Source: Thermoplasmatota archaeon (GTDB lineage: Archaea; Thermoplasmatota; Penumbrarchaeia; Penumbrarchaeales; Penumbrarchaeaceae). Taken from it: a DNA stretch of 60,098 nucleotides. Location of the stretch: positions 1 to 60,098 of the forward strand of contig JARVGK010000019.1 in assembly GCA_029762535.1 (NCBI GenBank). Reading direction: 5' to 3'. Position 1 is the first letter of the stretch. Every line of letters starts with the position of its first letter. Of this stretch, positions 51,235 through 59,666 are shown one piece after another. The position numbers and the translations under genes were made by a program. The notes under the pieces were generated by a model that did no database searches, was not told where the DNA came from, and was given only the letters and a program-made list of their open reading frames with translations.

Positions 51235-51699
51235 ATGTTCCCTATAGCACATGCCGGACTGCCGCTTGCGCCCTTTCTCTTCTCGAGGCGCATGCCGAAG
51301 GGTTGGTGGCTGATCGTTGTCGGGGCGGTCCTGCCCGACATCATCGACAAACCCCTGGGCCATGTGATACTACCAGAGAACAACGGCAGGGTTTTCGCGC
51401 ATACCCTTCTCCTATCGGCACTTTTACTCGCTATCGGAACGAAATGGAGGCCCGCGCTGCTTTTGAGCTACGGCACTTTGACCCACCTGCTGCTGGACTC
51501 CATGTACATGGACCCGCAAAGCGTTATGTGGCCGCTCATGGGGGGGTTCCGCAGCACGGACTTCTCGTACATAGGATGGCTGGAGGCTTTGAAGGACCCT
51601 GCGGTGATCCTCGGGGAGATAATGGGTGCGGCATCGATCACGGCCTTCGTGTGGAGGTTCCGCCGCAATACTAAAACAATTTATAATAAAATGTCATGA
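51235..51699 (+). CDS. Membrane-bound metal-dependent hydrolase (YdjM/DUF457-like)
   Basis: H..., GAVLPD.IDKP, R..AHT, HLLLD, WP. Confidence 0.85.
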   Translation: MFPIAHAGLPLAPFLFSRRMPKGWWLIVVGAVLPDIIDKPLGHVILPENNGRVFAHTLLLSALLLAIGTKWRPALLLSYGTLTHLLLDSMYMDPQSVMWPLMGGFRSTDFSYIGWLEALKDPAVILGEIMGAASITAFVWRFRRNTKTIYNKMS

Positions 51700-51720
51700 T
51701 GACCAATTCCGCAACATTAT

Positions 51721-51794
51721 GGCCGGGGTGGTGTAGCCTGGTAGCATCGGGGACTGTGGATCCCCTCGCCCGAGTTCAAATCTCGGCCCCGGCC
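51721..51794 (+). tRNA. tRNA-His(GUG), intronless, G-1 encoded, CCA not encoded
   Basis: Acceptor GCCGGGG/CCCCGGC, anticodon arm GGGGA-CTGTGGA-TCCCC, T loop GTTCAAATC, discriminator C; TTTATAAT box upstream. Confidence 0.95.
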
Positions 51795-51828
51795 CTCCGG
51801 CTATATACAGAAGTTAAGGGGTTACGCA

Positions 51829-52656
51829 TTGACGGACGAGAGCGCACCACAGCAGGCACAGGCACCCCAGATGGAAGCCTGTAAAGGGCCCTCGGGTTAT
51901 ATATTCATCCTTGCCATGATGCTACTGGTCTTCATCATGTTCGGCGGCCTCGGTGACAGCGTGGCCTCGATCGCGGGGGTCGTCCTCGACCCCCTCATAG
52001 GGTTCAACGGAAGGTACCCTGTCATCACCATGCTCCTGGCCGGGTCCACTACGATAATAGTCTCCACCATAACAAGGCACTTCATGGTGGACTGGGTCGA
52101 GATGGCCCGCAAGCAGAAGATCCTTGGAGAATACAACAAACAGGTGAGGGCGGCGACGAAGTCCGGGGACCCGAAAGCCTCCCAGAAGCTCAACGAGCAG
52201 AACCAGGACATACTGGGCATGCAGTCATCTATGATGATGGACCAGATGAAGAGCTCCGTTATCACTATGGTCATAGCCATACTGATATTCAGATGGCTCT
52301 TTTCCTTCATCCAGGGATTGGAGCATCCGACCCTGGCGGTCCCCTGGGACCTGCATTTCCCGCTCCTCGATTACGCTCTCGAGCAGGTTTGCGGCAGCGT
52401 ATGCGCCATGGGCAGCGGCGGGGGCATACCTTACTGGATCCCGATATACGTGATAATAACCGTGCCCATAGGACAGGCCCTGATGCGGGGCCTCAAGTAC
52501 TTCCAGTTCTCCAGAAAGCTCAAGAACGATGGTTTGGACGTGTTCGGGATCATGACGCCGAAGGCCCCACGGGAGGCCCCCAAAGCGCCCAGTGAGAAGA
52601 AGGAGACACCGAAACAGAAGGCCCAGAGGGAGAGAGACGAGCTCAGACAGAGGTGA
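51829..52656 (+). CDS. DUF106 / EMC3-TMCO1 (Oxa1 superfamily) membrane insertase
   Basis: TM, coiled coil, Met-rich Q..MM..QMK, W...Y motif. Confidence 0.82.
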   Translation: MTDESAPQQAQAPQMEACKGPSGYIFILAMMLLVFIMFGGLGDSVASIAGVVLDPLIGFNGRYPVITMLLAGSTTIIVSTITRHFMVDWVEMARKQKILGEYNKQVRAATKSGDPKASQKLNEQNQDILGMQSSMMMDQMKSSVITMVIAILIFRWLFSFIQGLEHPTLAVPWDLHFPLLDYALEQVCGSVCAMGSGGGIPYWIPIYVIITVPIGQALMRGLKYFQFSRKLKNDGLDVFGIMTPKAPREAPKAPSEKKETPKQKAQRERDELRQR

Positions 52657-52660
52657 TGTT

Positions 52661-53578
52661 ATGAGGAAACTGATACAGGTCGGCAAGGTAAAGGAGGTCT
52701 ACGAGGTCGATGACCCGGATCTTCTCGAGTTCACTTTCACGGACAACATATCCGTCTTCGACAAGATAATCCCTACATCCATCCCTCGAAAGGGGGAGAC
52801 CCTTTGCAGGACATCCGCCTACTGGTTCTCGAAGTCCTCGGAGCTGGGGGTCGGGACCCATTTCAAGGAGATGACTGGACCGAACTCGATGCTGGTGAAG
52901 AGGGTGAGGATCGAGAGGGACATGAAAAAGATAACGCCGGAGTCGAATTCCATATTGATCCCTCTCGAGATCATCGCCCGCTACTATGTGGCGGGATCGC
53001 TCCTTGACCGGTTGAAGAAGGAGAAGGTCAAGCCCGAATCCGTCGGGTTTGCCCCGGGCCATGTCCCCAAGTACGGGGAGGAACTCCCGGAACCTCTCAT
53101 CGAGGCCACCACGAAGCTCGAGGAGATCGACCGCCCCCTCACCGATAAGGAGGCGATGGACATGGCGAAGCTGTCAAAGGACGAGTGGGACCACATGGTG
53201 GAGGCGGTCCTGAGGATCGATGAGGCGATGAACAGGAGCGTCAAGGATCGGGGATTGATACACGTTGACGGGAAGAAGGAGTTCGGCTTCGATGCCGAGA
53301 GGGTGCTGATGCTCCTCGATACGTTCGGGACCGCCGACGAGGACCGCTTCTGGGATCGGGAAGCGTATGAGAGAGGAGAGCTAGTGGAGCTCTCCAAGGA
53401 GACGGTGAGGCAGCATTACCGGTCATCGGGTTACTTCGACACACTAATGGCGGCAAGGGACAAGGGGATCCCCAAGAAGGAGGAGCCCCCGATCCCCGCC
53501 CTGCCCCCCGAGATGGCCGAAAAGGTATCCCGCCTCTACATCGATCTCTACGAGCGGATCACCGGCGAGAAGTTCTAG
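52661..53578 (+). CDS. purC: SAICAR synthetase
   Basis: GKVKEVY, D.ISVFD, KGE.L, PLE.I.R, VDGKKEFG, DEDRFW; GAGGTGA SD before ATG 52661. Confidence 0.95.
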   Translation: MRKLIQVGKVKEVYEVDDPDLLEFTFTDNISVFDKIIPTSIPRKGETLCRTSAYWFSKSSELGVGTHFKEMTGPNSMLVKRVRIERDMKKITPESNSILIPLEIIARYYVAGSLLDRLKKEKVKPESVGFAPGHVPKYGEELPEPLIEATTKLEEIDRPLTDKEAMDMAKLSKDEWDHMVEAVLRIDEAMNRSVKDRGLIHVDGKKEFGFDAERVLMLLDTFGTADEDRFWDREAYERGELVELSKETVRQHYRSSGYFDTLMAARDKGIPKKEEPPIPALPPEMAEKVSRLYIDLYERITGEKF

Positions 53579-53589
53579 TGAAAGGTCGG

Positions 53590-53634
53590 CCGGTATACCG
53601 GGCGTCTTCTGGCAGATCTCGACCGGTATACCGG
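53590..53634. repeat. Two copies of the 12-bp palindrome CCGGTATACCGG, 33 bp apart
   Basis: Exact copies at 53590-53601 and 53623-53634. Confidence 0.8.
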
Positions 53635-53723
53635 GCATGTTCGTGATCTTCGATCCATTCCGGTCGTCTTGGACCATGATGAGGTGGTCATCTATCAGAG
53701 GGTAGGCCTATAGGATCTCCCCC

Positions 53724-53828
53724 TTACGGAGTAGGATCCCGGACCGCGGAGGGGATCGGGGGGCTGGGAGCATCAGGGGTTTGTTGGGGGGATCCCCTTC
53801 TCCTCAACATAACCGCGGCAACGATCCC
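53724..53828 (-). pseudogene. C-terminal remnant of a membrane-anchored surface protein related to the gene at 55561-56394
   Basis: Translates GIVAAVMLRRRGSP... versus GIASAVIILKRRGSP; 21/22 nt identity between 53786-53807 and 55638-55659. Confidence 0.65.
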
Positions 53829-53907
53829 CGCACTCCCTCCGGAGATGGTCCGGAAGGTATCCCGCCTCTACGTCGATCACTTCGGGCGGATCGCCGGCGA
53901 GAAGTAA
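53822..53907 (+). pseudogene. Diverged duplicate of the purC 3' end
   Basis: IPALPPEMVRKVSRLYVDHFGRIAGEK* versus purC IPALPPEMAEKVSRLYIDLYERITGEKF*; 13 mismatches in 81 nt by hand count. Confidence 0.85.
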
Positions 53908-53966
53908 CACCTGTCGCTACCTCTCCAAACTGGCCGTGTTCTCCGATCAGTGACGACTGCTTTTGA

Positions 53967-55292
53967 TCATTCCAGGGAATGGAAAATGTCCTTGCATGTC
54001 TGAAGCCAATTTTCCATTGACAACAAGATGAATGCAGGGACAAGGAGTATCCTCCCTCTTCTTTCGAGAAGGTCCTTTGTGGCGACGATCCCCATCTCGA
54101 GATCCCTCTTCTCGACGAACCAGGATATGGTCCTGAGGTCCCTCCCATCGATCTTGCTCGAATACTTCACCTCAACAGGCAGCGGCATATCCCTATCTCT
54201 TGCAATTATATCGATCTCTTTATTACCATCCCTGTAAAAGAATACAGGGTCCAGATTTGACACCATAACGTTCTCGATCACCCTCCCTATCTCCGGGGTG
54301 TCGATCTCTCCATCAAAGGATTCGATGATGCATGGATGGGCAAGATATATCCTTTTGGCCTTCTTCGATGAGGTCAGGAAATTCCTGTGATAGGAATACA
54401 CTCTGATGAGGCAATAAGCACTGAGCAGGGCTCTGAGGTATTTGGATACTGTCTGTCTTGAGATGCCAAGGTCATCACCCAGGGAGCTGAGGTCAACTAT
54501 CATTCCGGGATTTGAGGAGAAGATCTTCAACATCTCCCTCACGAGGTCCGTATCCTTGATCCCTTCAAGTTCCTTCAGGTCCTTGTTGATAATATTATCG
54601 ACAACGGAGGACCTCACATACATCGATCTGAATCTCTTCTCCTCCCCGATGATCTCGATGAACCCCCCGGAATGGGCATACTCTACCATTTCCGCGATCC
54701 GCGTCCTTCCCTCGAGCATCGCTTCCTTGATACCATCCACTGAGTGGATAGGGGCCATCTCCTTCTTTCCCGAGAACCTGAGGAACTCCAGGAAGGAAAG
54801 GGGTCTCAGTGTGTTCTTGAGGATCCTTCCGGCAAGGACCGATCCTGAGGTCGCCTCGATCTCCATACCTGAACTTCCAGATATGACGAACTTCAAATCC
54901 TCATCGAGATCGTATAATACCTTGATGCTCTCAGCCCAACCATCGAGCTTCTGGATCTCATCGAGAAAGATGTACTTCCTGCCATCCATCTGTCCTTGCA
55001 GGTCCTCTCTGAAGGTTTTCAGGACATCCTTCAGGCCATGGCCCTTGATATCGAAGGTGAAATAGAGGATGTTCCTGGGATCGGTCCCCTCCACGATCAA
55101 TCTGTCGATGAGCTGGAACATCAAGGTTGACTTTCCGACCCTCCTTAAGCCCACGATAGATACGATCTGTCTCTTGTCCATCATGTCCCATAGGAAGGGA
55201 AAGAGGTCTCTCTTCATCCTCTTCGCAAGGTGTAGGGGTACCCGGCCTTCGGTCCACCATCTGTTCAATTCCGACATCTCGTTAATGTCCAT
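53967..55292 (-). CDS. AAA_14 ATPase with wHTH and DUF4143 (PD-(D/E)xK-like) C-terminus
   Basis: GLRRVGKST, FLDEIQ, SGS, L.GR, PLSF.EF, GG.., EIDII, PVEVK. Confidence 0.9.
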   Translation of the reverse strand: MDINEMSELNRWWTEGRVPLHLAKRMKRDLFPFLWDMMDKRQIVSIVGLRRVGKSTLMFQLIDRLIVEGTDPRNILYFTFDIKGHGLKDVLKTFREDLQGQMDGRKYIFLDEIQKLDGWAESIKVLYDLDEDLKFVISGSSGMEIEATSGSVLAGRILKNTLRPLSFLEFLRFSGKKEMAPIHSVDGIKEAMLEGRTRIAEMVEYAHSGGFIEIIGEEKRFRSMYVRSSVVDNIINKDLKELEGIKDTDLVREMLKIFSSNPGMIVDLSSLGDDLGISRQTVSKYLRALLSAYCLIRVYSYHRNFLTSSKKAKRIYLAHPCIIESFDGEIDTPEIGRVIENVMVSNLDPVFFYRDGNKEIDIIARDRDMPLPVEVKYSSKIDGRDLRTISWFVEKRDLEMGIVATKDLLERRGRILLVPAFILLSMENWLQTCKDIFHSLE

Positions 55293-55302
55293 TGCTGGGG
55301 AA

Positions 55303-55357
55303 TATGTTAATTCTAATTAACATACTTTTCGTTTATATGTTAATTACAGTTAACGTA
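55303..55357. promoter_or_regulatory. Twin palindromic operators at the ATPase promoter
   Basis: TATGTTAATT-CT-AATTAACATA (55303-55324) and TATGTTAATT-AC-AGTTAACGTA (55336-55357). Confidence 0.65.
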
Positions 55358-55560
55358 ATTTCCATTCCATATCGATCTCTTTCCATGGGGGCCAAGGTCA
55401 TGATACTGAAATTGATGATCGGACCAGGGTACTTAATGATGGGCCAGACCGGGTCTGCCTGGGCAATTCCGAGCTGTGGTCCATTTCGCTCGTGACCGTC
55501 GGCTTCGGGATGATCCCTTTGCTCAAGCATGACATGAGAAGGCTTTCGACCCTCCCGGGA

Positions 55561-56394
55561 TCACCGATCCAGATGTTCCTGGGTGTGGGGGCATTCGTCG
55601 TTAGGATGCTCATCGCCCGATCCACTATATGATGCGAGGGGGGATCCCCTTCTCTTCAAGATAATGACCGCTGATGCGATCCCGAGAAGGAGGAGGAGAA
55701 CGACGATAAAAGAGATCGCAACTACCAGAACCAGTCGAGAGTCCTCCTTCACCTTGCCCTCCACGGGATCGGATAATGGGCCCTCTCCGTTATCGTTTAC
55801 TGCGGATACCCAATATTGATATCTCCTTCCTCTTTCAACGTCTCGATCCACGTATTCGAGTATGTCCGGCCCGACCTCGACAATGAGTATAGTGCTTCCT
55901 TCGGAATATGACCTGTAGATCAGGTATTTTATGATCGGCAATCCTCCGGTATCCTCCGGAGGACCCCAGGAAAGGGAGATCGCTTTGGAAGCGGCCTCGA
56001 TCTCAACGTTCAGGGGAACGGAGGGTTTTCCCGAAGGAGTTGCGGAGATCGGTGGAGAATGCACGCTTTCTCCTATGGAATTGGTAGAGGTCAGGGTATA
56101 GTGGTATGTGACCCCGTTCGTCACCGTCGTATCTCTGAATGACCCTCCAAGTATCGACGTTGTCAATATCACAACGCTGGAGTTCGGATCCTCCCCGCGA
56201 TGTATCTTCATCTCGGTGACGGGATCCCCTCCGTCATCTTCCGATTCCGCCCAGGATATGTCAATAAATCCGTCCCCGGGAGTGATCTGAACATTCGACG
56301 GAGGGGACGGGATCCCTGCGGGCTTTGTGTTCTTGGTCTCTGTGGCTGCCCCCTCGCCAATAATATTTACAGCTGTGACCCTGTAATGATAAGT
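55561..56394 (-). pseudogene. FN3 repeat surface protein truncated at its 5' end by IS3
   Basis: Frame stays FN3-like upstream of 56211 (TYHYRVTAVNIIGEG...SW...DDGG) right up to the IS end; no signal peptide remains. Confidence 0.8.
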
Positions 56395-56455
56395 TGGAGT
56401 GCACCCCCAAAGTGATACAACAAGTTAAGCAACAAGAACACCATGGGGGTGTGAT

Positions 56456-56785
56456 ATGGGAAAAACACGGCGAAAATACACCAGGGAGTTCAAGTTGTCT
56501 GTCATTCGAGAGCTAGAATCGGGGATCTCTATCAGTGAGCTGGCCAGGAAAAATAATATTCATCCAGCTCTTCCAAGCAGGTGGAAGAAGGAATATTATG
56601 AAGACCCAAATCGTTCCTTCAGTGGCAATGGCAACATATACAAACTCGAAGCGAGAAACGCTGAGCTCGAAAGACTTGTTGGACAGCTTTACGCAGAGAA
56701 AGAGTTTTTAAAAAAAGCTATCGCCAACTTGGAAAGAATCAAGGAAGAGGAGACACGATTGGTAAAAAGGAGGCTGGATGCATGA
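56456..56785 (+). CDS. IS3 transposase OrfA (HTH)
   Basis: RRKYT.EFK, ELARK..I.P....RWK, coiled coil ending LKKA. Confidence 0.92.
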   Translation: MGKTRRKYTREFKLSVIRELESGISISELARKNNIHPALPSRWKKEYYEDPNRSFSGNGNIYKLEARNAELERLVGQLYAEKEFLKKAIANLERIKEEETRLVKRRLDA

Positions 56786-57663
56786 GCATTCAACAAATGA
56801 TATCCAGCTCTGGTTCATTGTCAATTGGTAGAGCCAGCCAGTTGCTCAGTCTTCAGAGAGTTGATTATTATCGTTGGATCGATAGAGTAGATTACCTCTC
56901 AAAAATAACCCATGAAGACAAGCTCATTCTGGAAGAGATCAGAGAAATAATCAAGGAATTCACGGGATACGGATATCGAAGAGTGACAATGGATCTGCGC
57001 AGACGCGGTAATGAAGTGAATCACAAACGTATTCTGAGATTGATGAAAGATAATGGATTATTATGCAAGAATAAACGTAAATTCATTCCAAGAACCACAG
57101 ATTCGAACTATGATAATCCAGTATATCCGAACTTGATCACTGGACTTGATGTAACCCATCTGGATCAGGTATGGGTGTCCGATATTACATACATCCAACT
57201 GGACAAGGGATTTGCATATCTGGCATGCATTCTTGACATCTTCACGAGGAAATGCATCGGATGGAACCTGTCAAATAACCTTAGGACAGATCTTGCGATG
57301 GGTGCTTTGAACATGGCTATTGACACGAGGTTGGGTTCAAAGGTCAATGGATTGATCCATCATTCGGACAGAGGTGTCCAGTATACGTCTCATGAATATT
57401 CGAATAAGTTGAAGGAACATGGAATACAGATCAGCATGAGCAGAAAGGGAAATCCATATGATAATGCGTTTGCAGAGAGCTTTTTCAAGACGTTGAAGGT
57501 TGAAGAGGTATATCTCAACGAGTATTCGGATATAGATGATGCGTGGGATAATATTCAGAGGTTCATCGAGGATGTCTACAATGAGAAGAGGCTTCATTCG
57601 GCATTGGGATACCGGTCACCTGTCGACTTTGAGAAGGAGGTGGCTTTAAATACAATTGCTTAA
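56782..57663 (+). CDS. IS3 transposase OrfB (DDE integrase core)
   Basis: YGYRR, WVSDITYI, HSDRGVQY, DNA.AESFFKTLK.E, R.HSALGY.SP. Confidence 0.95.
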   Translation: MSIQQMISSSGSLSIGRASQLLSLQRVDYYRWIDRVDYLSKITHEDKLILEEIREIIKEFTGYGYRRVTMDLRRRGNEVNHKRILRLMKDNGLLCKNKRKFIPRTTDSNYDNPVYPNLITGLDVTHLDQVWVSDITYIQLDKGFAYLACILDIFTRKCIGWNLSNNLRTDLAMGALNMAIDTRLGSKVNGLIHHSDRGVQYTSHEYSNKLKEHGIQISMSRKGNPYDNAFAESFFKTLKVEEVYLNEYSDIDDAWDNIQRFIEDVYNEKRLHSALGYRSPVDFEKEVALNTIA

Positions 57664-57879
57664 CTGTTTGTAACAACTTAGGGGTTCACTCCAACATTAA
57701 TACTTTAGTACCTGACATTATAGGTACCGCTTTGCCTAACATATAATTGAAATAATTCCCGATATCCATAATAATTAGGCGTTGACAGTTTGATCCGTCG
57801 GTTAATGCTGCTGGGTTTTCTCTCCCACAGAAATGAATCAAATACATTATTGAAAATAACTCAATTCTGGACATTTCAA

Positions 57880-59625
57880 TCACGTATTTTTCTCCTTTTT
57901 TCCATCTAAATCGGCCTTTTTGGCAGAATCTATCAGTATCTCTTTGGCCCGGTTGATCCTCTTCATCTTACCCTCATCCAACATTGTGCAGGAGTCTGGA
58001 TGATATTTCTTGGCAAGAATCCTGTATCTTTTCTTTATATTCTCTATCGAGGCTCTACTGCTTAGTCCAAGAACCCAGTATGGATCCTCTTCGAGGTGGC
58101 CCTCATGGTTTGGGATAATGACGAATCGGTCCTTCATCCTCTTTCTTCCTCTGTAAATGATGACTCCCGCTACTGCAAGCGCTCCCAGAAAGAGCAACAA
58201 GATAAAGAGGAGGAGTAGATTATTCATAGAGGTTTTACGGATCTCGTAATAAACAGGAGGAGACACCTGGACATTACCCGAATCGTCCGAGGCAAAGAAA
58301 GTGCAGGACAATCCATCTTTCATTCCCTTGGTCCATAAATCTCCGTAATAGGAACCGACCACAACACCGGGAGTGAGGTTCACATCTACCGTAATATCTC
58401 CGTCTTCGACGACAACCCAGGTTCTTTTCACACCTCGATTGTCGCTTGCTTCAACCATAAAGCTGATTCGATCCTTGCCACACTTCATCACTTGGGCATG
58501 TTCGATATAAGGGGCCGTTCCATCAAAGATCTCAATATCCATAGTACAACAACCTTCATTCAAACCGTAATCCCTCACCCACCCCGTGATATGGATAACA
58601 TGGGATTCGGGGGGGATCCAGATTTTAAAGGTCCCGTTTTCCGCGTAGAGCGAATAGGAATTGTATTCATTGTCGAAACCGTAAATTATACCGCATTCTT
58701 TTATAGAGACGAGATCGTAAAGCAAGGGACGCAATGAGAGATGATGGGAAGTGAGCGGTTCACTCTCAACTTTGAGTTCGATCAGAGGAAGGCCGATGTC
58801 CTTCACATCCAACGAGGTCTGGTTCACTCTCCAATTTCCTTCATTGTCCGATGCTCCGACGATATAGTGCATCTTGCTGGCGTTCTCCTGAACGTATATT
58901 GTGAAAGATTCGGGGATCCCGGATATGTTATAAGGAGGATTCTCATCGAACCAATACTTAAAGAATCCCCTCTTCACTTCAATATTGTCCCTTGTGAGGA
59001 ATTTAATCAGCATTGATCTACCGGTTCTCGGTTCATCACAATGAATTGTCTCGATCGTGGGTTTAATCGTATCCTGGATCGGGATCTCACGACTAACTTG
59101 CGGTTCAGGAGGGGGGATTCCACCCCCGGAATTCAGATCATTATCCTTATTATTGTTGTTAACATATATATGATAGCTCAAAATCTTACCGTCATGGGGG
59201 ATGATAAATTCTCCTATCCACGTGTTATTGCTTATCTTGATCAGATCTACATCTATCCATTGGCCATGAACGGAAAAAGAAGCAGAGGCATCGTTCACTT
59301 CAATGTTATCTTTTACAGTGAAAGATAAGGTGAAGATCTCCCCCGTTCTGGCTTCACTATCGCTTTCATCGATGACTTCTGGGTCGGTCCCCGATCCCCT
59401 GCTCGTTTCTGAAGCCGGTTCATCATCATCTTTGATGTTGATTTGATCGTAGCTATCCGGAAAGATATTTGAGGGATCCCCCTCAATCCCCGAGAAAGAA
59501 GGGATAAATAGAAGGATCACAAGAGTTAGCACGATAAACGCATGTCCATGCAAACACTTGCGCACACTATCCCTCCTTGGATCAAGGGAAGAGCAGTTAT
59601 TTCCTCTGAAGTTTCCATTGTCCAT
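57880..59625 (-). CDS. Surface protein with repeated Ig-like modules, TM and cytoplasmic J (DnaJ) domain
   Basis: N-terminal hydrophobic signal, D..P.I / DN..V repeats, TM, DPY.VLGL...IKK.YR.LAKKYHPD...INRA; start 59625 chosen because the longer ORF runs into the ISL3 element. Confidence 0.8.
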   Translation of the reverse strand: MDNGNFRGNNCSSLDPRRDSVRKCLHGHAFIVLTLVILLFIPSFSGIEGDPSNIFPDSYDQINIKDDDEPASETSRGSGTDPEVIDESDSEARTGEIFTLSFTVKDNIEVNDASASFSVHGQWIDVDLIKISNNTWIGEFIIPHDGKILSYHIYVNNNNKDNDLNSGGGIPPPEPQVSREIPIQDTIKPTIETIHCDEPRTGRSMLIKFLTRDNIEVKRGFFKYWFDENPPYNISGIPESFTIYVQENASKMHYIVGASDNEGNWRVNQTSLDVKDIGLPLIELKVESEPLTSHHLSLRPLLYDLVSIKECGIIYGFDNEYNSYSLYAENGTFKIWIPPESHVIHITGWVRDYGLNEGCCTMDIEIFDGTAPYIEHAQVMKCGKDRISFMVEASDNRGVKRTWVVVEDGDITVDVNLTPGVVVGSYYGDLWTKGMKDGLSCTFFASDDSGNVQVSPPVYYEIRKTSMNNLLLLFILLLFLGALAVAGVIIYRGRKRMKDRFVIIPNHEGHLEEDPYWVLGLSSRASIENIKKRYRILAKKYHPDSCTMLDEGKMKRINRAKEILIDSAKKADLDGKKEKNT

Positions 59626-59666
59626 AATGTAAGATATACTATATTCCAACATATATAATTTATTTT

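Larger units (their letters stand above)
56395..57693 (+). mobile_element. Complete IS3-family insertion sequence (1299 bp)
   Basis: TG...CA ends; imperfect 38-bp terminal IRs 56395-56432 and 57656-57693 (31/38 by hand); orfA/orfB; low GC. Confidence 0.92.

Noticed and set aside
51760-51800. tRNA-His as an integration site for the right-hand variable region
   Set aside because: No duplicate of the tRNA 3' end and no integrase seen; housekeeping genes follow
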